A DNA stretch of 24,000 nt from an uncultured Pirellulales bacterium (GTDB lineage: Bacteria; Planctomycetota; Phycisphaerae; Sedimentisphaerales; Anaerobacaceae). Shown here in pieces: positions 1 through 10,241 of the stretch (the stretch's first letter is position 1; every line of letters begins with the position of its first letter). The translations under genes were made by a program, and so were the position numbers. The DNA lies in the NCBI GenBank assembly GCA_964632005.1, contig CAZWAP010000014.1:13893-37892 (forward strand). Reading direction: 5' to 3'. A model generated the notes under the pieces. That model ran no database searches. It worked only from the letters and a program-made list of their open reading frames with translations, and was not told where the DNA came from.

Positions 1-212
1 GACATCCAACGATCGAGGATAACGTTACGATCTACGCCGAGGCCACGATACTCGGTGACATTACCATCGGCAGAGGTGCGGTTATAGGCGGCAACGTGTG
101 GATAAAGGAGTCGGTTCCGCCCGGGGTAACCGTTGCGACGCCCAATCCCGAGCTGGTTTACACCAGGCACAAAAAGACCTCCTCCTCTCGGAGCGCAAAA
201 AAGAAAGGTTAG
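1..212 (+). CDS. cysE: Serine O-acetyltransferase-like hexapeptide-repeat acyltransferase; C-terminal fragment, 5' end lies outside the window
   Basis: Frame 3 reads [58 protein letters not shown]..., with stop TAG at 210-212. These are left-handed beta-helix hexapeptide repeats followed by the V-P-P-G..V.G.P tail typical of CysE. It sits next to sulfur-metabolism genes. It is missing from the ORF track because it is truncated. Confidence 0.6.
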   Translation, partial: HPTIEDNVTIYAEATILGDITIGRGAVIGGNVWIKESVPPGVTVATPNPELVYTRHKKTSSSRSAKKKG

Positions 213-225
213 AAGGAGAAATTTC

Positions 226-2444
<2,219 letters not shown>

Positions 2445-2535
2445 TCGCGCCCAGGATATCAGGATGTTCGGGATGTGGCCTGCAGGGCGTCGAAAGAATA
2501 GGTCATACGATGTATGATATGTGGGGTGCGTGAAC

Positions 2536-3402
2536 ATGTGGGAATACACCGAGAAGCTGAAGGATCACTTCTTTAATCCGAGGAATGTCGGGGAAATCGA
2601 GAACCCCGACGGCGTCGGAGAGGTCGGGTCCCTGGCCTGCGGTGATGCGCTGCGACTGACGTTCAAACTCGACCAGAACGGTCGTATCGCCGACGCAAAG
2701 TTCAAGACCTTCGGCTGTGCCAGCGCGATCGCAACTTCTTCCGTCCTGACCGAGATGATAAAGGGTATGACCCTCGAGGAGGCCTCCCGGGTGACCAACA
2801 AGGATATCGCCGATTATCTCGGCGGGCTGCCCGAACAAAAGATGCACTGCTCGGTTATGGGAAGAGAAGCGCTGGAGGCTGCGATCGAGAACTACAGGAG
2901 CGGCGGGGCCAAGAAGCGACAGCTCGAAGGCGAGGTGGTCTGCACCTGCTTTGGCGTCACCGACGCGGAGATCGAGAGGGTGATCCGCGAAAACGACCTG
3001 AGAACCGTCGAGCAGGTTACGAACTACTGCAAGGCGGGCGGAGGCTGCGGCGGGTGCCACGGCGAGATCGAGAAGATCATCGAAAAGGTCCAGAGCACCA
3101 GCGCCAAGCAAGAACCCCCCCCCAAAGTCACCAGGCCGGGCAAGCTGACTAACATCCAGAAGATCCAGCTCATTCAGCAGACCATCAACGAGCAGGTAAG
3201 ACCCGCACTACGCGCCGACGGCGGAGACATCGAGCTGATTGATGTCGATGGCGACAAAGTTATCGTTGCACTGCGCGGAATGTGTGCCAAGTGCCAGTTG
3301 GCCGAGCTTACGATGAGAGACGTCGTAGAAGCAAAACTAAGAGAGTTTGTTTGTGAAGACCTTGTCGTTGAGGAACAAAAAGACCCGGATAGGCAAGCGT
3401 GA
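2536..3402 (+). CDS. nifU: Three-domain NifU Fe-S scaffold: IscU-like N-terminus, BFD-like [2Fe-2S] middle domain, Nfu C-terminus
   Basis: Track ORF 2521..3402. MWEYTEKLKDHFFNPRNVG..GSLACGDA..FKTFGCASAIA..MHCS matches the IscU-type cysteines. CTCFGVTD...CKAGGGCGGCH matches the BFD-like domain. GMCAKCQ is the Nfu CxxC. ATG 2536 matches the usual MW.Y N-terminus. Confidence 0.9.
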   Translation: MWEYTEKLKDHFFNPRNVGEIENPDGVGEVGSLACGDALRLTFKLDQNGRIADAKFKTFGCASAIATSSVLTEMIKGMTLEEASRVTNKDIADYLGGLPEQKMHCSVMGREALEAAIENYRSGGAKKRQLEGEVVCTCFGVTDAEIERVIRENDLRTVEQVTNYCKAGGGCGGCHGEIEKIIEKVQSTSAKQEPPPKVTRPGKLTNIQKIQLIQQTINEQVRPALRADGGDIELIDVDGDKVIVALRGMCAKCQLAELTMRDVVEAKLREFVCEDLVVEEQKDPDRQA

Positions 3403-3516
3403 ACGCCGATGGGACGGACAGCTTGATGAATCGGCTGTGCGACTGATTTCGGGAGGTTTTTGCCGGCGGTCCCGCTGGCAGTTGCATACGGGCCTGTAGG
3501 ATAAGGACCAAGGGCA

Positions 3517-4674
3517 ATGGAGACGATATACTTCGACAACAATGCCACCACGAAAGTCGCCGAGGAAGTGTTCGAGGAGATGAGGCCGTATTTTTGCGAG
3601 CTTTACGGCAATCCTTCGAGTATGCACACGTTTGGTGGACAGGTCGCTCACAAGATCAACAAGGCACGCGAGCAGATCGCTTTTTTGCTGGGTTGTGAGC
3701 CCACCGAGGTCATTTTCACCAGCTGCGGGACGGAATCCGACAACGCCGCCATAAAGGGCACCCTTGCCGCCGTCCCGGACAAGCGAAGAGTCGTAACCAC
3801 GCGGGTCGAGCATCCGGCGGTCCTGTCTGTCTGTCGGGACCTCGAGAACCGCGGCTACACGGTCGTCGAGCTCGGAGTGGACAGGCAGGGCCGACTTGAC
3901 CTGGCTGAGTTGGAAGCCGCGATCGACGAGGATACCGCGCTGGTGACGATTATGTATGCCAACAACGAGACAGGAACGGTCTTTCCGGTGGAAAAGATAG
4001 CGGAAATCACCGCCGGTAAAGGGGTCGTTTTCCACACCGATGCCGTCCAGGCCGTTGGAAAAATACCGCTGAACCTCGCGGAGAGCCAAATCGACCTGCT
4101 CAGCCTTTCGGGTCACAAGCTGCACGCCCCCAAGGGTATCGGTGTGCTTTATGTGCGCAAGGCTACACGCCTGGCGCCGTTTATGCTCGGAGGGCACCAG
4201 GAGGGCGGCCGGCGCGCGGGCACCGAAAACGTGCCGGGGATCATCGGCCTCGGCAAGGCCTGCGAGATAGCCGCAGAGAACATCGAGCAAGAGGCCACAA
4301 GGGTAAAAGCACTGCGCGATAAACTTGAGCACTCGATCCTTGAGACCTGCCCCGACTGCCGCGTCAATGGCGACGTCGAGAACCGCCTGCCGAACACGAG
4401 CAACATCAGCTTTGAGTACATTGAGGGCGAAGCAATCCTGCTTATGCTCGACAGATACGGCATCTGTGCAAGCTCAGGCTCGGCCTGCACCTCCGGCTCG
4501 CTCGAGCCTTCCCACGTGCTCCGCGCGATGGGCGTGCCGTTCACCGCGGCCCACGGCTCAATTCGCTTCAGCCTCAGCCGATACAATACCGAGGCCGAGA
4601 TCGACTACACCATCGACAAGATGCCGCAAATCGTAAACCACCTGCGTGAACTTTCCCCGTTCGTAACCAAGTGA
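3517..4674 (+). CDS. nifS: Cysteine desulfurase NifS/IscS class (PLP-dependent)
   Basis: IYFDNNATT, FTSCGTESDN, the PLP-lysine motif SGHKLHAPKGIG, and the catalytic-cysteine loop SSGSACTSGSLEPSHVLRAMG. Confidence 0.9.
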   Translation: METIYFDNNATTKVAEEVFEEMRPYFCELYGNPSSMHTFGGQVAHKINKAREQIAFLLGCEPTEVIFTSCGTESDNAAIKGTLAAVPDKRRVVTTRVEHPAVLSVCRDLENRGYTVVELGVDRQGRLDLAELEAAIDEDTALVTIMYANNETGTVFPVEKIAEITAGKGVVFHTDAVQAVGKIPLNLAESQIDLLSLSGHKLHAPKGIGVLYVRKATRLAPFMLGGHQEGGRRAGTENVPGIIGLGKACEIAAENIEQEATRVKALRDKLEHSILETCPDCRVNGDVENRLPNTSNISFEYIEGEAILLMLDRYGICASSGSACTSGSLEPSHVLRAMGVPFTAAHGSIRFSLSRYNTEAEIDYTIDKMPQIVNHLRELSPFVTK

Positions 4675-4716
4675 CTCCACCAAGCACTGGATTGCCCCTG
4701 TTGGGCCGGCGGGTTC

Positions 4717-5556
4717 TCAGCGGTGTTGCGCTCCGCGGTCTCGGCCTGACCTTCGAGGTGCCGGGACATATTCGACCGTCGGCTGACGACGAACAGGCTG
4801 CGGATACAGCTCCAGCAGCCGGAGGATTTTCTCGGGCATATCCGTGTTGACCGGAAGGCCGAGCTGTTGGGCTTCCTTGAAGGTTATCGGGTAGTCGTGG
4901 GTCCATTTGCCCGTGGAAAGCAGGTTGCTCAATTCATCCGCTTTTTCGGGCGACATCTTCTTCTCAAGGAGTTCTCGGAGGCTCTCTCGGACCTGAGCTA
5001 TCGCCTTTTCCGCCTGGTCGGCGAGGATAACGGTCTGGTCGTCTATCTCCTTTATGGGTTTCTGGTCGATGACTTTAAGGATCGAGGCCGCGGCATATTG
5101 ACCGATCTGTGGGTCAACGGGGCCGAGGGTGGCGTGCGGACTCATAACGATCTCGTCGGCGGCCAGGGCGATAAGTGTTCCGCCGGACATTGCATAGTGC
5201 GGGACGAAGACAGTTACCTTCGCCTTGTGATTGGCCAGAGCGCGGGCAATCTGCAAAGACGCAAGCACCAATCCGCCAGGCGTGTGAAGCACCAGGTCGA
5301 TCGGTACATCCGCGTCAGTCAGGTGTATGGCCCTGAGGACCTCTTCAGAGTCGTTAATGTCGATATAGCGGAAGATGGGAAAGCCGATGAGACTCATCGT
5401 TTCCTGTCTGTGAATCAGCAGGATAACCCGTGAGTTGCGCTGTTGCTCTATCACGCCCAGAAGCCTTTTTCTGGAGGCTTCAAGGAATTTCTGTCGTAAT
5501 ATCGGCTGGATTGCCGCCAGCATGAAGAAGAACCAGAAGAAGTCCATAGCTCCCAT
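4717..5556 (-). CDS. SDH-family (serine dehydrogenase proteinase-like) ClpP/SppA-fold membrane serine protease
   Basis: Track ORF 4717..5562. The hydrophobic N-terminus FFWFFFMLAAIQPIL is followed by RVILLIHRQE, LVLHTPGGLV and VPHYAMSGGTLIALAADEIVM, which is typical of the ClpP-fold SDH_sah family. I prefer ATG 5556 as the start because GGAG lies 7 nt upstream. Confidence 0.75.
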   Translation of the reverse strand: MGAMDFFWFFFMLAAIQPILRQKFLEASRKRLLGVIEQQRNSRVILLIHRQETMSLIGFPIFRYIDINDSEEVLRAIHLTDADVPIDLVLHTPGGLVLASLQIARALANHKAKVTVFVPHYAMSGGTLIALAADEIVMSPHATLGPVDPQIGQYAAASILKVIDQKPIKEIDDQTVILADQAEKAIAQVRESLRELLEKKMSPEKADELSNLLSTGKWTHDYPITFKEAQQLGLPVNTDMPEKILRLLELYPQPVRRQPTVEYVPAPRRSGRDRGAQHR

Positions 5557-5573
5557 ACGCATTCTCCAGTCCG

Positions 5574-6320
5574 TTAGAACCGTGACCAGGCGCCTCTTGG
5601 GCCATACTCTATGTTATTGCTGTACATCCTCACCCGGCGTCTCGGCCGAGCCACGAAGAGCCGGTGCAGCGCCGCCCCGCCGACGAAACCACCGATGTGG
5701 GCCCACCAGGCTACCCCGCCAGCAGCCGAGGAAGACGAGACCAACGCCAACGAGCCGCTGAAAAACTGTAGCAAGAACCAGATGCCCAGATAGAGGAAGG
5801 CTGGCATTACGAAAAAGATCGGCCAGAACAAAAGCGGCACCAACACTATGATGCGGGAAGTGGGGAAGAATATGAAGTATGCCCCGAGCACGCCAGCTAT
5901 TGCCCCGGAGGCCCCTATGGCCGGCACGGTTGAATTCGCGTTTGCCAGTACGTGTACGATTCCGGCCAGTATCCCGCAGACCAGGTAAAAGACAAGATAC
6001 CTTATATGCCCCATGCGGTCCTCGACGTTGTCCCCGAATATCCACAAGCACCACATATTCGAGATTATGTGCACCCATCCACCGTGCAGGAACATACTTG
6101 TAAGAAAGGGCCAGAAGCTGTTCGTGGTCGGTCCCAGCTGGCAACCCCACCCCTCATAAGTGAACCTTGCCGGCACCACGCCCAGGCAGTAAATGACCTG
6201 CTCCAGGAAAGGCTCCGGAAGGGCAAGCTCTATAAAGAAAACGCAACAGTTGACCGTGATCAACAGCCAGGTAACGATCGGCACGTTCCTGCTGGGGATG
6301 CTGTCCTGTATCGGCAACAT
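5574..6320 (-). CDS. Rhomboid-family intramembrane serine protease
   Basis: Track ORF 5574..6326. It is polytopic and hydrophobic. It carries HGGWVHIISNM (H..xH...N motif), GASGAIAG (catalytic GxSG) and HIGGFVGG (catalytic His). ATG 6320 is preceded by AAGGGG 8 nt upstream. Confidence 0.85.
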   Translation of the reverse strand: MLPIQDSIPSRNVPIVTWLLITVNCCVFFIELALPEPFLEQVIYCLGVVPARFTYEGWGCQLGPTTNSFWPFLTSMFLHGGWVHIISNMWCLWIFGDNVEDRMGHIRYLVFYLVCGILAGIVHVLANANSTVPAIGASGAIAGVLGAYFIFFPTSRIIVLVPLLFWPIFFVMPAFLYLGIWFLLQFFSGSLALVSSSSAAGGVAWWAHIGGFVGGAALHRLFVARPRRRVRMYSNNIEYGPRGAWSRF

Positions 6321-6533
6321 ACACAAAACCCCTTAAACTGGGCGTTAGTTTAGCAGGTACGCCCTCTCGTATGCAACAGTTTGATAGCAATATTTTGGGT
6401 TGTGGAGACACTGCAGCGGCCTGGCCGGAATGGAAGACCTGCCCCCCCGAGCCTGCCGTAAAGGCAGAAACCTCAGCGGCGCCGCCTCCGGCGGGTGTTG
6501 ATTGCCAGCAGGCAACGCGCTATATGCGCAAAT

Positions 6534-6617
6534 TGCCGAAGGAGGGAGTCGAACCCTCACCCTCTTGCGAGGACGGGATTTTGAATCCCGCGCGTCTGCC
6601 AATTCCGCCACTTCGGC
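6534..6617 (-). tRNA. tRNA-Leu, anticodon CAA, class II long variable arm, CCA not encoded
   Basis: Reverse complement: GCCGAAGTGGCGGAATTGGCAGACGCGCGGGATTCAAAATCCCGTCCTCGCAAGAGGGTGAGGGTTCGACTCCCTCCTTCGGCA. I folded it by hand. The 7-bp acceptor pairs GCCGAAG with CTTCGGC. The anticodon stem pairs CGGGA with TCCCG, with loop TTCAAAA. The variable arm pairs CCTC with GAGG around GCAA. The T arm is GAGGG-TTCGACT-CCCTC. The discriminator is A. Confidence 0.93.
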
Positions 6618-6632
6618 TTTCCTATGTGCCTA

Positions 6633-6661
6633 ATTATCGCCTCTCGGACGGACCTTGTCAA
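6633..6661 (-). promoter_or_regulatory. Sigma70-type promoter for tRNA-Leu (TTGACA-17 nt-GATAAT)
   Basis: The minus strand reads TTGACA (6656-6661), then a 17-nt spacer, then GATAAT (6633-6638). The -10 box ends about 15 nt before the first tRNA nucleotide. Confidence 0.5.
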
Positions 6662-6747
6662 CTCCGATCGACGGCAACGTTGGTACCTTTGCCCCGCCAT
6701 CGCGGGCAGGCGACCGTACGCAAGTGCATTTATCCACGCCACTCGGA

Positions 6748-7848
6748 TCAGTAGGTAAGGAAGACGATATCTTCCGGTATCGCAACCACGTCGCGGTGCT
6801 TCGGGCCGAGGCTCCTTCGGATCTCGCTGCTGTGCTTGCCGGCAAGTGCTGTGAGTTGTGAGCTGCTGAGGTTCGTTACGGCTTTTGCCTCGTTGTTTAG
6901 CATCACCACGTCGCCGGCTTTGAATGAGCCTTCCACGGCCGCTACGCCGCTGGGAAGGAGGCTCTTGTGGTTTCGCAACGCCGTCATCGCGCCGGCGTCG
7001 ATGTGGATTGTGCCGGCCGGCCTGCTGTTGAGTATCCACCTTTGGCGGTTACCCAGCTTCCTGGTGGGCATAAAGACCGTGCCGACCTGCTCTCCGGCGA
7101 TGATTCTACCTATGACGTTCTTGAGCCTGCCGTGGGCCAGGACGATCCGACAGCCGGCGTTCGAGGCAATCTTGGCCGCCTCGATTTTCGTCTTCATCCC
7201 GCCAGTGGCATAGGGGCTGCCCTTGCCGCCGGCGGTCCTGGCGATGTGGTCGGTTATTTCGTAAACAACCGGTATCGGCCGGGCGTCGGCAAACTTGCGC
7301 GGGTTCTTGTCGTAAAGAGCATCGATATCCGACAGCATTATCAGCAAATCCGCATCGATCTTGCTCGCAACCAGCGCGCTGAGCCGGTCGTTATCACCAA
7401 ACGCAGTGCCGATCTCGTCCGTGCTCACGCAGTCGTTCTCGTTCAGAATAGGCACCACCCCCAGCTTCAGCAGCGTCTCGATCGAATTGCGAAGGTTAAG
7501 GTAGGTCTTTCTGTTGTTGAAAACCTCGGCCGTCAGGAGCACCTGCGCGACGGTGATCCCCTCCCGCAGAAAGGACCGGCGATACTCCTGCATCAACAGC
7601 GGCTGCCCAATGGCCGCGCACGCCTGCCGCATCTTCATCCCACGCACCTTGCCCTGCAGTTTCAACTGCCCGGCCCCCATGCCTATCGCGCCCGAGGTGA
7701 TTATCACCACCTCTCTGCCGGCCTTGACGAGCTGGCCGAGCTGGCGTGCGATTCTCCGGACATAGGTAGCATCAATGCCCTCGTTCTTGGTCAGGACGTT
7801 TGTGCCAATCTTGACCGCTATTCGCTTTGCTTTGCCGAAATCGCGCAT
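6748..7848 (-). CDS. proB: Glutamate 5-kinase with C-terminal PUA domain
   Basis: KRIAVKIGTNVLT, VIITSGAIGMG, NENDCVSTDEIGTAFGDNDRLSALVA, and a C-terminal PUA-like GTIHIDAGAMTAL...GDVV. Confidence 0.9.
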   Translation of the reverse strand: MRDFGKAKRIAVKIGTNVLTKNEGIDATYVRRIARQLGQLVKAGREVVIITSGAIGMGAGQLKLQGKVRGMKMRQACAAIGQPLLMQEYRRSFLREGITVAQVLLTAEVFNNRKTYLNLRNSIETLLKLGVVPILNENDCVSTDEIGTAFGDNDRLSALVASKIDADLLIMLSDIDALYDKNPRKFADARPIPVVYEITDHIARTAGGKGSPYATGGMKTKIEAAKIASNAGCRIVLAHGRLKNVIGRIIAGEQVGTVFMPTRKLGNRQRWILNSRPAGTIHIDAGAMTALRNHKSLLPSGVAAVEGSFKAGDVVMLNNEAKAVTNLSSSQLTALAGKHSSEIRRSLGPKHRDVVAIPEDIVFLTY

Positions 7849-7947
7849 CTTGGAGTCGCTGAATTGGGGTCCTCGGGGCTATTGTCCTGTGTGTTCTTGA
7901 AGCCTGTCGGTTTCCGGCAGCCCAGACGGCCAGTCAAATATACCGTC

Positions 7948-7975
7948 ATTATAGCTGCCAGCTCGCCTGTGGCAA
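7948..7975 (-). promoter_or_regulatory. Candidate proB promoter (TTGCCA-16 nt-TATAAT)
   Basis: The minus strand reads TTGCCA (7970-7975), then 16 nt, then a perfect TATAAT (7948-7953). This leaves a leader of roughly 95 nt before ATG 7848. Confidence 0.4.
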
Positions 7976-8124
7976 CAAGATGCCGGACGTAATCCTGCCG
8001 CCCCGAGAAGAGCGCCAGGCTGGGCGATGGCACGCAATTGCCACGGCTGAGAAGAACCACGAAGTTCTTTTCCCGGGATTCGCGAATTTCCCCGGCCTTG
8101 AGCAAAGAGACTTCCATAAAGACC

Positions 8125-8147
8125 GGCCGTTCTTTCTCAAGACGGCC
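8125..8147 (-). terminator. Weak candidate intrinsic terminator after the flavoprotein gene
   Basis: The minus strand reads GGCCGT-cttgagaaaga-ACGGCC followed by GGTCTTTAT, starting 18 nt after the stop. The stem is only 6 bp and the U tract is short, so support is weak. Confidence 0.25.
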
Positions 8148-8164
8148 AGTGCCTCCTGCCGCGC

Positions 8165-8740
8165 TTAGGCGGTTATTTTCTTGAGCAGCCAGGCCATATT
8201 CCGGCCGAGCAGTTCCATCGTTTGGAGCCCCTCTTCGTCCTCCTTGACTTCTCCCTTGTCGCGGCCGAACCCCATATTCCAGTACGATGAGCCGGGGATT
8301 ATCATCTCGCTTATCAGGAAGAAGTGGTTGATCGTGTCGAAGGCGTGGATTGAGCCTGCCCTGCGGACGGCGACGACGGCCGCCCCGACCTTGCCCCGCA
8401 ACATATTGTCGTTGGCCCTGGCCACCAGGCCGGCCCGGTCGATCAGCGCCTTGAGCTCGGCCGTGACATCCGCGAAGTACGTCGGGCTGCCTAAGATGAT
8501 GCCGTCGGCCTCGAGCATCTTGGCAATACAGTCGTTCAGGGCATCATCGGTAACCGCACATTTCTTGTCCTTGTTGTCGAAGCACTTGTAGCACGCGGTG
8601 CAGCCTCGGATTTTCCGGCCTGCCAGCTCAACGCTCTCGGTTTGTATGCCGTGCTTGCCGAGCTCCTGAAGTACCTGGTTCAGCAGGATGGCGGTGTTCC
8701 CGTTCTTGCGGGCGCTGCCGTTGAAGGCTATGACTTTCAT
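8165..8740 (-). CDS. NADPH-dependent FMN reductase / iron-sulfur flavoprotein (Isf)-like flavodoxin-fold protein
   Basis: Track ORF 8165..8977, trimmed to ATG 8740 ([16 protein letters not shown]...), which has GGAGA upstream. GSPTYF is the flavodoxin-like FMN motif. The compact [15 protein letters not shown] (CxxCxxCx7C) motif resembles the Isf [4Fe-4S] ligands. The 79-codon N-terminal extension in the track is Arg/Pro-rich junk that covers the promoter. Confidence 0.8.
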   Translation of the reverse strand: MKVIAFNGSARKNGNTAILLNQVLQELGKHGIQTESVELAGRKIRGCTACYKCFDNKDKKCAVTDDALNDCIAKMLEADGIILGSPTYFADVTAELKALIDRAGLVARANDNMLRGKVGAAVVAVRRAGSIHAFDTINHFFLISEMIIPGSSYWNMGFGRDKGEVKEDEEGLQTMELLGRNMAWLLKKITA

Positions 8741-8796
8741 AGTACCGTCTCCAGATTCTGTGCGGTTTTGGTGATAGTTCTTAATCCAAGGTGCAG

Positions 8797-8825
8797 ATTC
8801 TAACCCTTCCGCCTCGGGTAGGCAA
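8797..8825 (-). promoter_or_regulatory. Candidate flavoprotein promoter (TTGCCT-17 nt-TAGAAT)
   Basis: The minus strand reads TTGCCT (8820-8825), then 17 nt, then TAGAAT (8797-8802), about 55 nt upstream of ATG 8740. Confidence 0.45.
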
Positions 8826-8887
8826 GCAGCGATTCGCCCGCATTTGGCAGGCGCGGACGCGACGCCGGATCGTCGAGGATTTTTGTC

Positions 8888-8915
8888 TTGGTTTTGAAAG
8901 GCGGTATGATAGAAT
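8888..8915 (+). promoter_or_regulatory. Candidate plus-strand promoter facing hflK (TTGGTT-16 nt-TAGAAT)
   Basis: TTGGTT at 8888-8893, then 16 nt, then TAGAAT at 8910-8915. The -10 box plus its downstream bases, TAGAATTGCCC, are identical to those at the mraZ promoter. Confidence 0.4.
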
Positions 8916-9131
8916 TGCCCCGGTAGCCGCCGGCGGGTCGCGACAGGCGTTCCGCAGCACCCACTACCACGCCGCAACGTTCGCCTGCGGCGGATTGTTT
9001 TAGATTCTGGTGATTCGGGCTGCGATGGTCATATCTTGGGTTTAACGCTAAGACGGGCGGTTGTGTGATATCGCCTTGTAGATAGCGCTTTAGACAAGGT
9101 TTCACTGCGGCATTTACTGGGTGTAGGATTG

Positions 9132-10241
9132 ATGATGGAGATGAACGATTTTATAGACCGGGTCGGCGCGCGCCGGGGACGAGACTACTTCTGGATAGCC
9201 TGGAAATTGGTTCAGGCCGCGGCCGTGGTGATCGTCGTGGGCGTGGGGCTGGCCACCTCCATCTACACGGTGCCGACGGATTCCAACGGAGTGGTCAAGA
9301 GATTCGGCAAATACGAGCGAACCTCCGAGCCCGGGATGCACATCAAGATCCCGTTCTGGGTAGAGACTGTTGCTGTGGTGCCGGTACGCAAGGTGCAGAA
9401 GGAGGAGTTCGGCTTCAGAACGCTCAAAGCAGGTGTCGATTCACGCTATCTGGGTGTCGAGGAAATAGAGGCGAGGCGGACGAGCGTGCAGGACTTGTTG
9501 AACCTGATTCGCGAAAGCGGTGAACGAGTATCCCGGCGGTCGTCCGGTGAATTAGCGGAACGCGCCAGGCAAATACTTCGCTCGGAGTACGTGATGCTCA
9601 CCGGAGACCTGAACATAGTCGATGTCGAGTGGATTGTTCAGTTCAAGATAAAGAACGCCAGGAATTATCTGTTCAACGTTCGTAAACCGCGTGCGACGAT
9701 TCGCGATGCCAGCCAAGCGGTGATGCGACAGCTCATAGGCAACGGCAGCGTGGATGAGGCCATAACGATAGGGAGAATCGAAAACGAGATAGCAGCCAAG
9801 GAAATGCTCCAGAGGCTTCTTGACGAGTATGAAACGGGCATCCATATCGTCGCAGTCAAGCTGCAATCCTGCAACCCGCCATTGAAGGTCAGGCCGGCGT
9901 TCAACGAGGTCAACAAGGCACTGCAGCAGAAAGAGCAACGGATCAACGAGGCGATGAAGCAATATAACGAGGCTATACCCAGGACGCGGGGCGAGGCGAA
10001 AAAGCTCGTCGAGACGGCCAAAGGCTACGCGGCCGAGCGCGTCAACAGGGCCAAAGGCGACGTCGCAAAGTTTGAGAAGATATACCGACAGTACAGGCAG
10101 GCCCCCGATATCACCAGGCAGCGAATGTACCTGGAGACGATGATGGAACTTCTGCCGAAGATACCGGAGAAGTGGATCATCGAGCAGGCCGGGGCCGAGG
10201 GCGGAATCCTGCTGAGGCTGGATATGGACGAAGAAAAATGA
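9132..10241 (+). CDS. hflK: FtsH protease modulator HflK (SPFH/band-7 family)
   Basis: Track ORF 9129..10241. It has an N-terminal TM (AAAVVIVVGVGLATSIY), then YTVPTDSNGVVKRFGKY, PGMHIKIPF, MLTGDLNIVDVEWIVQFKI, and a C-terminal coiled region ending in QRMYLETM. The start is ambiguous among TTG 9129, ATG 9132 and ATG 9135. Confidence 0.85.
   Translation: MMEMNDFIDRVGARRGRDYFWIAWKLVQAAAVVIVVGVGLATSIYTVPTDSNGVVKRFGKYERTSEPGMHIKIPFWVETVAVVPVRKVQKEEFGFRTLKAGVDSRYLGVEEIEARRTSVQDLLNLIRESGERVSRRSSGELAERARQILRSEYVMLTGDLNIVDVEWIVQFKIKNARNYLFNVRKPRATIRDASQAVMRQLIGNGSVDEAITIGRIENEIAAKEMLQRLLDEYETGIHIVAVKLQSCNPPLKVRPAFNEVNKALQQKEQRINEAMKQYNEAIPRTRGEAKKLVETAKGYAAERVNRAKGDVAKFEKIYRQYRQAPDITRQRMYLETMMELLPKIPEKWIIEQAGAEGGILLRLDMDEEK

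Noticed and set aside
6618-6747. Hairpin CCCGC-gatg-GCGGG downstream of proB, considered as an intrinsic terminator
   Set aside because: The stem is only 5 perfect bp plus a bulged extension, and it is followed by AAGGTACC rather than a U tract. I did not list it as a feature.
7818-8117. 99-aa minus-strand ORF in the flavoprotein-proB spacer, and the 62-aa plus-strand ORF at 7980..8168
   Set aside because: The first overlaps the proB start and runs over the predicted proB promoter. Neither has a ribosome-binding site or a recognisable motif, and their composition looks non-coding.
8741-8977. The 79-codon N-terminal extension of the flavoprotein ORF in the track
   Set aside because: The extension is Arg/Cys/Pro-rich and covers the predicted promoter. 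The family normally starts at MKV..F.GS, and ATG 8740 has its own GGAGA.
8751-9009. Three copies of the quasi-palindromic 7-mer AGATTCT (8753-8759, 8795-8801, 9002-9008), considered as a possible operator set
   Set aside because: One copy is simply the complement of the TAGAAT -10 box plus CT. Another abuts the flavoprotein ribosome-binding site. With only 7 nt and no consistent spacing, I cannot separate this from chance.
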